DNA of 64,000 nucleotides from Acinetobacter phage vB_AbaM_14/CRR8. Where the stretch lies: the sequence record PV611675.1. One strand, written 5' to 3'. The position numbers and the translations under genes were made by a program. How positions within the stretch are numbered: the first letter of the stretch is position 1; every line of letters begins with the position of its first letter. Below, in pieces: positions 25,201-33,830 of the stretch. The notes beneath the pieces were generated by a model. The model was not told the origin of the DNA, made no database searches, and worked only from the letters and a program-made list of their open reading frames with translations.

Positions 25201-27454
25201 TGAACATCCAAATACGTTGACAGCTAGTCAAGGTCTTGGGATTTACTTAGAAGGTAGCCCGATCTTCTCGTCTATCCCACTGTTTAAGCAAGGTGCTGAT
25301 CAGACATTCGAAGGTACTGTCACTATTGTTGCTGGTGTAAATGGTAGAACCATCTCGAATCTAAACTTTTATCTACTGCCAAGTGGTTCAGCTGTTGCTG
25401 GAACTAAAACAACAGTACACTGGGCTGAGTTATTTAAAGGTGATTCGATCCTTGGTGGTACGGCTTCTGCTGTACAATCTTTGAGTGCAACAGTTAAACA
25501 ACAGGGTGATGATATTACCTCACAAGGTCAAGCAATCACTCAGTTGAATTCTTCTGTTAAGGATATACAGAATAACAAAGCTGATGCCTCTGCATTGAAT
25601 AACTACTACACCAAAGCACAAGCTGATTCAGCTATAGCTGGAAGATTGACAGAGTTTAGCAGCTCGTTAATTATCGGTGGAGATAACGTACTTTATAATT
25701 CAGAAGGCCCTAGAAGCTCAACAGCGACATCAAACAGAGAATATTTACTGTATGAGAGAAGTAAAGAGCTTAAAGCTTTTTATGATCAGAACCTTGGACA
25801 GCAAATCTCCATTTCGTTTGAGTTAAGTGTTCCTGTAGCTGGTACTGTTCAAGTTTACTCTTCGAATGGTTCTGCACATACATACACAGGTTCTGTTGTA
25901 GTGGCTGCTGCTGATATTAAAAAGTTTAAACGTTATGAACTTCAAGTTACTCCTGTAGCACATGGTACAACACCAAATGCTCCAGAATCGACTTTAGAGT
26001 TCTACGGTGTGTACGGTACTGGACGTATTCCAACTGTTCGTAAAGTACAAGTTCAAGCTGGTAACAAGGCTACTGCATGGAGTCCAAGTCCACGAGACAA
26101 TACAGCACTCCTTGACGGTAAGATCACTGCTAATACAACAGCTATCGGTAAGGTTGAGACAAGAACAGCTACTCTTGAAGGAACTGTTGAAACTCAAGGT
26201 ACTGATATTCGTGCTCTTCAAAGCAAAGTCAACGACCCTGTTAAGGGTATTGATGCTACTGCGATTGCTATGGGTAAATTGGATACAAGAGTCAAGACTA
26301 CTGAAGACAGCATTGTTGCTCAAGGTAAGTCTATTACTCAAGTTGAAGCTGACCTTAAGAATATCACTGCTGGTGGTAGCAACTTACTTAGAAATGGTAA
26401 CTTTGCTTCAACACCTGATCTAGCGAATTGGGGAAATTGGGGTGGGACAAGTGCTACTCGCTCTGTGACAACTATCTCAGGTAAAAAATGGGTTAGAATC
26501 ACAGCGAATAACACAGCGATATTCCGTGGTATTTCACAGTCAACACCAGCTAATTCATTTAAGCGTGGTGTTCAGTACACAATCACATTTACAGCTCAAT
26601 CTGTAGCTGCGACTGGTGGTGTACAACTGCTGATTCACCAAGCTGGCGATGGGAATAATGACCCACAAATTACTCCAGCGGTGTTCCCAATTACTAATGT
26701 GGCTAAGCGTATCTCATATACGTTTACATCTGCGACAACTGCTAAAACGGCATTTAACGTGATGATTGGGCCACAAAATGGTGTAGCTGGTGACATTTAC
26801 TTGACAGACATCATGTTCACTGAAGGTAACATTGCTACGGCATGGAGTCCTTCAAATGATGAGATCAACGATGGTTTATCTGCTAACGCTAAAGCTGTTA
26901 GTGATCTAAGTGTTGAAGTAGGTAAGGTTGACGGCAGAGTCACTACTGTAGCTAAATCTGTGACAACCCTTGAGGGTAAGGTTGGTGATAACTCAGCTGC
27001 ACTTGAAACTCAAGGTCTAGTTATCGATGGGTTGAAAGTAAGGTGGTCTGTTAAAGCTGACGTAAATGGTATGGTGTCTGGTGTTGCAATGAACAACGAT
27101 GGTAAGACTGCTGATTTCATTATCAGAGCTAATACTTTCGCCATTGCACCTCCTACAACTGCTGGAGCTGGTGATACAGGTAAGTATGCCTTTGTATACC
27201 AGTCAACTGCTAAAACTTTACCTAATGGTACAGTTATTCCAGCTGGTTTATATGTTGATAGTCTGATGTTGGGAGAGATTAATGCTAACAGGATTAATGC
27301 TAATAGTTTAAGTGCTATCAGCGGTACTCTTGGGACATTGACAACCTACAAAGACCCAACCCAACCTAATAAAGCTCGTATGGTTATGCAAGGTAGTCTA
27401 ATTACTGTCTATGATGATAATAATATGATGAGAGTTAGGATGGGACTATGGTAG
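19220..27454 (+). CDS. giant repetitive fibre or adhesin-like structural protein (about 2745 aa from MDNLDNG; the ORF track starts at 19184, inside the terminator)
   Basis: N-terminal coiled coil; at least 6 repeats of a coiled QGQAIT/QGQSIT linker plus an about 250-aa beta-domain ending in GNKATxWSPSP- or VxWAxLxKG-type motifs; C-terminal module ANTFAIAPP...SAISGTLG. Confidence 0.75.
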   Translation: MDNLDNGLELLSGKLVVLFLTYALALEACANFPAGTRLKVTNDPNPDLNGEYTWDGKKLVKTTNNTLEKAKDEAEKLVDDKLETVLTPDKILDIISGQITEGDLDTHLRQRIDKIESVGPIIDELQREADKVKKDLDEQLFFLEVDYNNLKKYVTELELEVNIDFAGVKDQIQQLRDQVAADMAAAQKRIDEIQAEIDTKWQEVDQIQLDLQKEINDRIDAVRAETEARVAEIRKLNDGLTQEIIDRKDGDQKLYENIENYKVSNEQSLANIREEVKVAVDTANASAEKVDALDARVKVAEDNSGKALENSAAAVSKAQAAADLAGATATRVDSLEADVVKAVDDSGTAIKNSATALQQSQAAVDKANAVAESVNIVEAKLNTKNSTYRQDTAPTKADTPNLTAGDIWINPSNKNEQKRWNGVAWVDISDMRIGDNASAIEKLTATVSDQGGQIKANADKITNLETTIGDMATSDALEALRTEVKKNTDGISGNAEKITALETTVGKNQEANSKALQDLNTRVDKTDEKVASNASAITSLNSTVNASLSAVNITADLDLDHDVTYFRKFGEIDKVSADEGTTQRVIRVGNNAGNDVLWMHPNTFMPFDPDVMYKVRAKVRRNSGTGTIYIGVAAKNAVKTKYVTTTNTLADDMGSSHYFLTGSTVSTTPVGQWVELEWYIKGRSTGSSLLPPTYGVIDKPIQLAKYVGYITPMFIANYGDAAGQVDVAYVVLETAEAYKMISANANALTSLKTDVQKNADGIKAVGEAVTNVESSITNMDIGGQNLWSIWNKTLTQPVTGGPYIKVDWLEGQENDEWYRATIIKDMANYQHYFINVLVDQRYPIVIGEEYTVTFEMRASKIAKIYQVLAYFGALSTVVDNQQSTTTDWKTYTFTAKANGTNTAGSYQLFGFTLLKSEGWNLNDWYEVRRVQLQKGNKATRYQKAQAGLLAGIKANSQAFSTLNATVQEHADTISSQGQAITGLESKVNGIDGEVKANAKAVDELKTTVIEQGDEIRSQGQAITSLDNTVKISAKAGTNLLINSNVVGTYDGVGYPHVVYNLGEDFEVGVQYSLIWCAEHKRGTGDTNSSLAVYAGGGSQSLQSLVNTNGKVINRITFVKSSANLSPKNLNFYMINRPPASAGSVGTVYWAVLVKGPSVLTDVWIPSPYDYIPQATANANAITGLQTDVKANEDSIKIQAEQLTGVKATLGAHDTDSLALDYNTATPSVWESYYSYDMKQYFKTTTSGKIGPNVFRKDTTNPANCFNFNLSKIPNNRPYKVSFWARRSADSTGRFEIPVRYVRADGSVSNVGGGYGAYPITPAIPNNEVWTFVERVIDASKVADAPQIQFGIALGHTGTSGWSEMQGYKVSPVLNAGDMDATVATAEGLQNLKTTVDKNGADIKAQGLAITGLEAKVNDIDKAVGGQATAIDELKTSVKTQGDTIAAQGQSITKVEAGLKVATKGITMSASIDVEPDSEWIYVTKSGEVARANDQSALGGKVYRLGNNAGNDHVNMRSVAKIPFNPQRFYTVKLRYRRVQGTGTVYASVLTIAADGVSHVKPDNSISTDFGGSNYFVINQSASLGVWQEVVVYVKGRSTGAAVGSWTMDSPRQVPANTAFLSLQFLGNYSNAAGIVDLDYILIEESDATLENNVTAKAVSALTTEVEKVDGKVTAQATDISNLKVSVNNIEKGKADVSALDALKVDVKSNTDNIKIQAEKVTGLESNLDGVRLSTGQNLIWNGDFTSTPNGLENWGQNGNVAGFQLYNWAARGTKWARYVSSDTTTAYKGFRQVVPISRGLKPNMDYTLSWDAHGNYRDFNGKTMAIIIHRQGTSSGTNQVGSSGYATPAGIQRHSYTFDTNGITDLSYLNIIFYVPLGFAPDFFVTNVQLEEGKVGTGFKKSNSEMLSGISANAQAVSQLKTLTETQGNTITSQGQSITDIKVRINDMEKDNLLNPFTDVSGGGANYLQVSIPLKKPIVIKTDEKYTVRGKLSFEHPNTLTASQGLGIYLEGSPIFSSIPLFKQGADQTFEGTVTIVAGVNGRTISNLNFYLLPSGSAVAGTKTTVHWAELFKGDSILGGTASAVQSLSATVKQQGDDITSQGQAITQLNSSVKDIQNNKADASALNNYYTKAQADSAIAGRLTEFSSSLIIGGDNVLYNSEGPRSSTATSNREYLLYERSKELKAFYDQNLGQQISISFELSVPVAGTVQVYSSNGSAHTYTGSVVVAAADIKKFKRYELQVTPVAHGTTPNAPESTLEFYGVYGTGRIPTVRKVQVQAGNKATAWSPSPRDNTALLDGKITANTTAIGKVETRTATLEGTVETQGTDIRALQSKVNDPVKGIDATAIAMGKLDTRVKTTEDSIVAQGKSITQVEADLKNITAGGSNLLRNGNFASTPDLANWGNWGGTSATRSVTTISGKKWVRITANNTAIFRGISQSTPANSFKRGVQYTITFTAQSVAATGGVQLLIHQAGDGNNDPQITPAVFPITNVAKRISYTFTSATTAKTAFNVMIGPQNGVAGDIYLTDIMFTEGNIATAWSPSNDEINDGLSANAKAVSDLSVEVGKVDGRVTTVAKSVTTLEGKVGDNSAALETQGLVIDGLKVRWSVKADVNGMVSGVAMNNDGKTADFIIRANTFAIAPPTTAGAGDTGKYAFVYQSTAKTLPNGTVIPAGLYVDSLMLGEINANRINANSLSAISGTLGTLTTYKDPTQPNKARMVMQGSLITVYDDNNMMRVRMGLW

Positions 27455-27528
27455 TTTTTATTGCAGTGTTTTTAGTTTTTGTATTGGCTTTAGTGGTGTT
27501 TCGACACCACAAGGTCAAAGGAGATAAT

Positions 27529-27852
27529 ATGCCTCAAGGTTTACAAGCATGGGATGAAGAAGGGAAAATTGTTGTTGATTTAACAGATAGGCAATTGACT
27601 TTATTTAAACAAGCTTTTGTTAAAGCTTCAGGGCCTAATGTATATACACAAGATTTCACATTAGAAGGTATATCGCCTAGTACTACTGTTGCGTATCTTG
27701 AAACTATTCAAGTTGGTACAGATACCAATCATCTTGCTCGTAAAGATGGTATCGCAGCTACAGTAGTTGGGGTGAACACTTTTAGGTTAACTGCGGTGAT
27801 CCCTTTATCTTATGTTAACGATTACACAGTTAATTTTTACTATTTTAGGTAG
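27529..27852 (+). CDS. hypothetical structural protein (107 aa from the ATG with AAGGAG RBS)
   Basis: strong RBS; the ORF track version (27448) begins with a TM-like leader overlapping the fibre gene end. Confidence 0.45.
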   Translation: MPQGLQAWDEEGKIVVDLTDRQLTLFKQAFVKASGPNVYTQDFTLEGISPSTTVAYLETIQVGTDTNHLARKDGIAATVVGVNTFRLTAVIPLSYVNDYTVNFYYFR

Positions 27853-27857
27853 CAGAT

Positions 27858-28502
27858 ATGGAAGGATTCAATGTATTTAATGATAAAGGGGAATTGATCA
27901 TTGATTCTTCTTTAAAAAATATTGGCACTGTAGCAGTACAAACTATTGGTACAGTGACGCTCGCACAAGGTGCAGCAAGACCTTCTTGGTTTGTAGGTGA
28001 TTTAGGTATCCCCAAACTACCTGTTATTGAAGGTCCAATCCCACTCACCTTATTAAGACCTAATGATATGTGTGGTGGATGTGGAGAATCGTACTATTCT
28101 CCAAATGGTGGGGACTTAATTCATCTTAGACAAGACTACCAAGTAGACTCTGGATATTTAGATGTTTTTGATGAATCAGGTACATTAATCTGGTCTGCTA
28201 AAAGTGCTGGTAAAGTGCCACGTGTCACTAAAGTAATTAATGTGACAGCACAACAAATTAAAGACGGTGTTGAGGTTCACATTGGAAATGGTTGCATCAT
28301 GATGAATGGGTGGCCTGCCATCTTCTACCCTGGCCCTATGGGTACTTCACGTATCGGTGGAATATATTGGCAATACAAGAAAAGTACTGGAATGTTGATG
28401 TTGCAATACTCGTTTGTAGGAAATGCTGGGATATCTGATTATATTGGCATGGCTTATGGTGACGTAGGTTTTAATATCTATGTGTATGAGTTTGCCGTTT
28501 AA
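27858..28502 (+). CDS. hypothetical virion protein (214 aa)
   Basis: ORF in the head-tail joining region. Confidence 0.45.
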   Translation: MEGFNVFNDKGELIIDSSLKNIGTVAVQTIGTVTLAQGAARPSWFVGDLGIPKLPVIEGPIPLTLLRPNDMCGGCGESYYSPNGGDLIHLRQDYQVDSGYLDVFDESGTLIWSAKSAGKVPRVTKVINVTAQQIKDGVEVHIGNGCIMMNGWPAIFYPGPMGTSRIGGIYWQYKKSTGMLMLQYSFVGNAGISDYIGMAYGDVGFNIYVYEFAV

Positions 28503-28511
28503 GGAGTATAC

Positions 28512-28979
28512 ATGGCTTTAAGTGAAATTGAAAAGCTAAGGTTAGCAGCTGGTGATACAGACCCAGACTACCCTTGGCTATCGGACGATCAGTATCAATA
28601 CTTCATTGATGAGTTCCCAAACAAAAGAAGACGTGCAAAGGCCATTGATCTGGCTGTATTGGCTGTCAAAGCTAATGATGTACATGAAAGGTCAGGACAA
28701 GAAGAGCGTTGGGGTAATCAGGCGTTTGAAGGAAGTCTTGCACTTGTTAAATTAAAATGGAAAGACCCTACATTCAATGGTTCACAATCGGTTCCTATGT
28801 TTGGTGGTACTTCTCGTGAAGAGATGGCTGACCTTGCTATGGATTGTGACAGAGTTCCAGATACCTTCTACAAAGGCGAAAGCTTCGGGAAGGCTGAATG
28901 GCAAACAAATAGGATTTATCGTTACTTCTGTCGTAATGATGAACCTTATATTTACAGAGTAGTTCCTTATGTCTTTTAA
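28512..28979 (+). CDS. hypothetical protein (155 aa), possible head-tail connector
   Basis: AAGGAG RBS; position. Confidence 0.45.
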   Translation: MALSEIEKLRLAAGDTDPDYPWLSDDQYQYFIDEFPNKRRRAKAIDLAVLAVKANDVHERSGQEERWGNQAFEGSLALVKLKWKDPTFNGSQSVPMFGGTSREEMADLAMDCDRVPDTFYKGESFGKAEWQTNRIYRYFCRNDEPYIYRVVPYVF

Positions 28980-29496
28980 ATTTAAGATGAAGGGTGATTT
29001 AAAGGGCCTCAAGAAGCTTCAGCGTAGACTCAATAAAGTTGCTCGTACTGAAGTTGAATGGGGTTGGATCAATGGTAAAGCCTACCCAAAGAGTGATATC
29101 AATGGTAGGGGAGGTATTCCATTTGCCATTGTAGCTATCCACAACGAATTTGGTGCTTATGTTAAGAACCATAAGAATAGTGGTAAGTTCCTTTATATTC
29201 CACCTAGACCTTACTTTCAACAGTCTACCAAGAATTCAGAGTCTTATTTACGCACAGAGGCCCATGACATGGCTTCTCACATCTTACTTGATGGAGACTA
29301 CCAGCTTAAGCTTAAAGAGCTAGGAGAGGGCAATGTGGCGATTCTGAAGGGTAGTATTGCTAGACAAAACATGACTCCTCTGCATCCTAAGACAGTTGGT
29401 TATAAAGGTGATGATACTCAATGGAGAGATACAGGCCAAATGCTTGAAAATATCTCAAGTAAAGTTGTTTATAAACGAGCTGATTATAAGGGGTGA
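28969..29496 (+). CDS. hypothetical protein (175 aa)
   Basis: ORF overlapping its neighbours. Confidence 0.4.
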   Translation: MSFKFKMKGDLKGLKKLQRRLNKVARTEVEWGWINGKAYPKSDINGRGGIPFAIVAIHNEFGAYVKNHKNSGKFLYIPPRPYFQQSTKNSESYLRTEAHDMASHILLDGDYQLKLKELGEGNVAILKGSIARQNMTPLHPKTVGYKGDDTQWRDTGQMLENISSKVVYKRADYKG

Positions 29497-29894
29497 TTAT
29501 GAGGAGGATGAAATTAGGAAGGCAGAAATATAAAGTCCTTCGGCATCGTGCTGGCGATTATGACGATGATGGCCTTTGGACAGGGGATGTCTGGGAAGAA
29601 ATTGAAGTTAGGGCGAGTTATCATGGTGGACTCTTCTGGAACTCCACAAGGTACTCAACAACTGGTGAGATTTCGAAACAAGCCATCTCTGTCAGGTCTG
29701 ATGATCCATTATACCAATCTTCACCAAATGAGGATGACCAAGAGGGTGGACACCTAGCCGACATCTTTATTGATGAAGATGGAGTTCACTGGAAAGTGAT
29801 GGATTGTAGAAAATATAAAAATCTGAGAGCCACTAAGCACTGGGAAGCTATGTGTGTACGGCTTGATGAGTCTGAAATTCCAAGGAAGAAATGA
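29493..29894 (+). CDS. hypothetical protein (133 aa), possible head closure or tail completion
   Basis: AAGGGG RBS; ATGA overlap. Confidence 0.4.
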   Translation: MIMRRMKLGRQKYKVLRHRAGDYDDDGLWTGDVWEEIEVRASYHGGLFWNSTRYSTTGEISKQAISVRSDDPLYQSSPNEDDQEGGHLADIFIDEDGVHWKVMDCRKYKNLRATKHWEAMCVRLDESEIPRKK

Positions 29895-30427
29895 TGATTG
29901 AGTCAGTAGTTATCAGATGTATCAAGCAACTCAACCCAACCCTTAAACATATCGTTGGTGGTCAGAATGGTTATAACCCTAATCAAATCTTTGTGATTGT
30001 TGAGGAAGTTGACTCATTCTTAGTTGGGACAGCTACAAGAACTCTGACATCTCGTACAGGCAAGTGGCTCCAACAACAAACTAAACAATATGTTGTTCGT
30101 GTTGGTGTTCAAGGAACGGTTAGTCCTGAGTTAAGTGGTATAGCAGAAATGCTTCAACTTTACTTGGACACTCCAATGATTAGGCAAAACTTCCAAGATG
30201 AAGGATACACACTGAAAGTTGGTAGGCAAATCATCCCTTTGGATATGAAGCTTGATTCACACCAATATAAAAGATACTCGATACAACTTGATCTGACAAC
30301 TAGCATTTCACTTGAAGTTGAACAAACACCAATTGAAGGTGTTGGGATCAAAGGTGATTTTGTCATGGAGAAAGACAAGTCTTTAATCTACGAGTATGAA
30401 GATTCCATCACTAAAGATGATGGTTAA
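29891..30427 (+). CDS. hypothetical protein (178 aa), possible tail terminator or completion
   Basis: AGGAAG RBS; position before the sheath candidate. Confidence 0.4.
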   Translation: MMIESVVIRCIKQLNPTLKHIVGGQNGYNPNQIFVIVEEVDSFLVGTATRTLTSRTGKWLQQQTKQYVVRVGVQGTVSPELSGIAEMLQLYLDTPMIRQNFQDEGYTLKVGRQIIPLDMKLDSHQYKRYSIQLDLTTSISLEVEQTPIEGVGIKGDFVMEKDKSLIYEYEDSITKDDG

Positions 30428-30454
30428 TGCAACACTTCAAATAAGGAAGATTTT

Positions 30455-31528
30455 ATGGATTTTATGAAGAATATCGTTGATGTTCAAATCACCAACGTTA
30501 CTGGCAACACTAACACAACTGACTTAAACACAATCCTAATCTTGGCTAAGCATTCAGTATTTACAGCTCCTGAACGTTTCAGAGTTTATCGTGATGCTGC
30601 TGCTGCCAAGTCTGATGGTTTCGCTGATAAGTCGTATGTATACAAGGCACTCCAATTGGCGTTCTCACAAAACCTTCGCCCTACACAAGTGGTTGTTGCG
30701 AACGGTTTAGCTGCTGACGCAACAGTCTCTGCTTATGTAACAGCATTTGATGAAATGCAGACAATCCCACAAGGTTGGTTATGGATGGTTTCAGACCTTC
30801 GTACTCCAGCTGACCAGTTGACATTGGCTAAAGCTGTACAAGCTACAGAGAAATTCTATGCAATTGGTACAAGTGATGTGAATGCCATTGATGCTGCTAA
30901 AGCAACAGACATTGGTTCACTGATCCAGAAAGAACAGCTTACACAAGCTTATGCTTGGTTTGACGTAGCTGACCCTGATCTTGTTAGTTACAGTGCTACA
31001 GAGATTGCATTGTTAGCTCGTTGTGCTGGTAAAACTGCTGGTACAGTTCAGTTCTTACTCAAAGAATTGGTTGGCGTACCTAGCCCTGGCTCTGTGGTTA
31101 AGACACCTACACATCAAACAACATTGACAGCTAAAGGGTACACATTCGCTGCTGTTGGTAATGGTAAGACTTACTCATACGGTTCTGGTAAAGTTGGTAA
31201 CGGTGACTGGATTGACATTCGCTTAGTTATCACTTGGACAGTGGTTAATATCCGTGAGCGTATCTTTAATACATTAACAAGCCTTGACACGCTTGGTATG
31301 GATAATGATGGTGCAAGTGTAATTGAGTCTGATGTTCGTTCAGTACTTATGGAAGGTCAAGACCTTGGTATGTACTCTCGTGATGCTCCTATTACAGTTA
31401 CAGTACCTGATGTGACAATGTTGACTAAGGCTCAACGTCACTCTCGTATCTTACCACGTGTGACATTTGAAGCTCAGCTTCGTGGCGCTATGATCGGTAC
31501 AGTTGTTCGTGGTTCTGTGTACGAGTAA
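30455..31528 (+). CDS. tail sheath candidate (357 aa; P2 FI-like size)
   Basis: gene order and sizes 357 then 178 aa mirror P2 FI/FII; AAGGAAG RBS. Confidence 0.45.
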   Translation: MDFMKNIVDVQITNVTGNTNTTDLNTILILAKHSVFTAPERFRVYRDAAAAKSDGFADKSYVYKALQLAFSQNLRPTQVVVANGLAADATVSAYVTAFDEMQTIPQGWLWMVSDLRTPADQLTLAKAVQATEKFYAIGTSDVNAIDAAKATDIGSLIQKEQLTQAYAWFDVADPDLVSYSATEIALLARCAGKTAGTVQFLLKELVGVPSPGSVVKTPTHQTTLTAKGYTFAAVGNGKTYSYGSGKVGNGDWIDIRLVITWTVVNIRERIFNTLTSLDTLGMDNDGASVIESDVRSVLMEGQDLGMYSRDAPITVTVPDVTMLTKAQRHSRILPRVTFEAQLRGAMIGTVVRGSVYE

Positions 31529-31573
31529 TCGTACCAGACCTTTCAACAATAATTTTTATAAGGATGAATACAT

Positions 31574-32110
31574 ATGGCTGGAAATAAGACTGGTGTTTAC
31601 GATTTCAGTAAAACTATTGTAACTATCAGACACCCTTTATATGACGGTATCGTAAAGATCGATGGCTTCATGAAAGATACCACAATTAACGTACAGCGTG
31701 ATGATCCACGTTGGACACGAAACTCTTCAGGTGACGGTAAGGCTTCTACGTTAGTTCGTAACCCTATTAATGATGGTACGATCACATTCACACTCAACCA
31801 ATCTACAGATGGTTTGGCTAAAATGAACGCTATTGCACAACACGCTAACGTTAGTGATGGACATGACATCATGTTTGAGATCACTGTAGCTGATAAGTCT
31901 TCAGGTTCTATCCACTACAGCCGAGATGCTATTGTGGGTGATCCTGAAAGTGTTGAGTATGGCCGTGAAGAGAATGGTCGTGAATGGGTAATCCAATGTG
32001 GTGAGTTAATTAACAACCTAAATGGTGCTGCTAAGATGCCACGTGAGACTTTAGAGTTTATCCAAGCTTTAGGCTTCACTGTTGACGAAACTCGTGTAGC
32101 AGCTTACTAA
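31574..32110 (+). CDS. tail tube candidate (178 aa)
   Basis: size and position downstream of the sheath candidate. Confidence 0.45.
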   Translation: MAGNKTGVYDFSKTIVTIRHPLYDGIVKIDGFMKDTTINVQRDDPRWTRNSSGDGKASTLVRNPINDGTITFTLNQSTDGLAKMNAIAQHANVSDGHDIMFEITVADKSSGSIHYSRDAIVGDPESVEYGREENGREWVIQCGELINNLNGAAKMPRETLEFIQALGFTVDETRVAAY

Positions 32111-32120
32111 GGAGTAGCAA

Positions 32121-32690
32121 ATGAGCGTTTCAGTTTTAGACCCATCTAAGTTAAGTTTAACTGTGCTTGGATGTCAAGTCGAGGGTTTCTCCAAAGGCTC
32201 ATTTGTGTCAGTGGAGAAAACAGACCCGACATTTTCAACTAGGACCTCTCTCAAGGGGTCCAAGTTAGCTGGAAGAAATAAATTCAAGGATTATACCTTG
32301 ACATTCAGTTTAGATAATACCGCTGGGGCTAATATTTGGCTTCATGCTATATACAAGATTCAAGAGGCATATGGGGTTATCTTCCCAGTCCCAGTAATCT
32401 ACAAAGATTTAAATGGTACAAGTTCATTCTTCTGCCCTGCTGTTATTATCCAAGAGCCTAGGTTAGAGCAAGGTAGTGAGGTATTCCCTACAGAATGGAC
32501 ATTCATTTGTCCTAGAGGAGCCAGTACTATTGGTGGAAGTAATATCGACTCTAAAGTCTCAGACATTCTTTCAACAGTATCTGCACTCATTCAAGCTGCC
32601 AGTCTTTTAGATATCAACGTTTCAGAGATTTCAAGTATTGCCAATAAAATTCGAGATAGGGCTACTTCAACATGGAGGAATTTATTTTGA
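32121..32690 (+). CDS. hypothetical tail protein (189 aa)
   Basis: AAGGAG RBS. Confidence 0.4.
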   Translation: MSVSVLDPSKLSLTVLGCQVEGFSKGSFVSVEKTDPTFSTRTSLKGSKLAGRNKFKDYTLTFSLDNTAGANIWLHAIYKIQEAYGVIFPVPVIYKDLNGTSSFFCPAVIIQEPRLEQGSEVFPTEWTFICPRGASTIGGSNIDSKVSDILSTVSALIQAASLLDINVSEISSIANKIRDRATSTWRNLF

Positions 32691-33124
32691 ACTTTGATTT
32701 GATTGATAAGATTTTGCAGAAGGTTGGCTTCTACAACTTTGATCCATCTGATGTTGATTTCGTCGTTGCTGGGTATAGCATGACAGACTTCACAAGGTTA
32801 AGTATTACACCTACTCAAAAAAGGATCACTATTCAGGGTATTGATAAACTCTATCACACTTACGTCAAAGTTCCACACTACTACAAGATTTCATTTGACC
32901 TACTTCCAGTGTGTAAGGATGTACAGGTTATGGAAGAGCTTAGTATGGTTCTAGATGAATTGGGTGGTGGCTTCGAAGTCATTATCAAAAGCAATGGTAG
33001 ATTCGTCGGTAATTTTAGGTGTTACTTCGAAGCAGACTCAGCTGACATGTTTACAGAAGAGGCTACAGACAAAACATACGAGATGGTGGCAGTGAAGATT
33101 TCTGAAGGTATCAGACAAGCATAA
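32672..33124 (+). CDS. hypothetical protein (150 aa; alternative TTG start at 32687)
   Basis: ORF; possible chaperone. Confidence 0.35.
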   Translation: MEEFILNFDLIDKILQKVGFYNFDPSDVDFVVAGYSMTDFTRLSITPTQKRITIQGIDKLYHTYVKVPHYYKISFDLLPVCKDVQVMEELSMVLDELGGGFEVIIKSNGRFVGNFRCYFEADSADMFTEEATDKTYEMVAVKISEGIRQA

Positions 33125-33137
33125 CAGGAGAATTAAT

Positions 33138-33623
33138 ATGAGTTTTGGTTTAAACCCAAAGGTTAGGGATTTTGAGGGTAAAGACGGACAGCGTGTTGTC
33201 AATTACGATGATGGTGCTCGTATTTACTCGATTAAGCCGTTCAAAGGTAAGAAAGGTACTATCGCAGCTGCCAAGTTAACAAAGTACGTTTCTGAGTCAT
33301 TTGGTGGCGTTCTGGTTGGTGTTCTTGATCAGATCGATGGTGGTACGGATGTTGAGAAACTTGATGCTGTAGGATTCATGATTTCTGGCATTCTAGATGG
33401 AGCTTTTAAGAGCCTTGATGATCCACAACTTCACGAGTTCTACTTCTCATTGTTCGATGAAGTTTACCGTGATGGTCAGCGCATTGAATATGATGATGAG
33501 TTCAAGCTTGAGCAAGAGTATGCAATTGACTTAGTAAGACACATCGTTACATACAACTTTAAATCGGTTTTTCAGCGTCTCGGTATCGCTGCGCTCTTAA
33601 AGAAAAAGGTGTCGGAAGAGTAA
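33138..33623 (+). CDS. tail assembly chaperone (161 aa) with putative -1 frameshift extension to 33847
   Basis: lies immediately upstream of the tape measure gene; an A-rich run sits at its 3' end; the -1 frame stays open downstream. Confidence 0.5.
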   Translation: MSFGLNPKVRDFEGKDGQRVVNYDDGARIYSIKPFKGKKGTIAAAKLTKYVSESFGGVLVGVLDQIDGGTDVEKLDAVGFMISGILDGAFKSLDDPQLHEFYFSLFDEVYRDGQRIEYDDEFKLEQEYAIDLVRHIVTYNFKSVFQRLGIAALLKKKVSEE

Positions 33624-33830
33624 GCGATTCGAGGGTAAACAACAAAGAGTTTGAGAGATTAGAAAAATCTGTCTCTCTACCTACAGAGTGGATTCACATT
33701 TTAATGGCTGAGCCTCCTCTACTCTCACTTGAATACCTTATCAATGAAGCCACCATCACTGATGTATATGATGCATTAGAGATGATGGAAGTCAAAAAAT
33801 ACATGAAGATTGAATCGGAGAAATTTAATA

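Noticed and set aside
19282-27852. Numerous 60-140-aa ORFs on both strands inside the giant fibre gene (for example 20173-20556, 25994-26341, 26007-26423)
   Set aside because: They are artefacts of the long repetitive Ala/Ser/Thr-rich coding sequence, with no independent start signals
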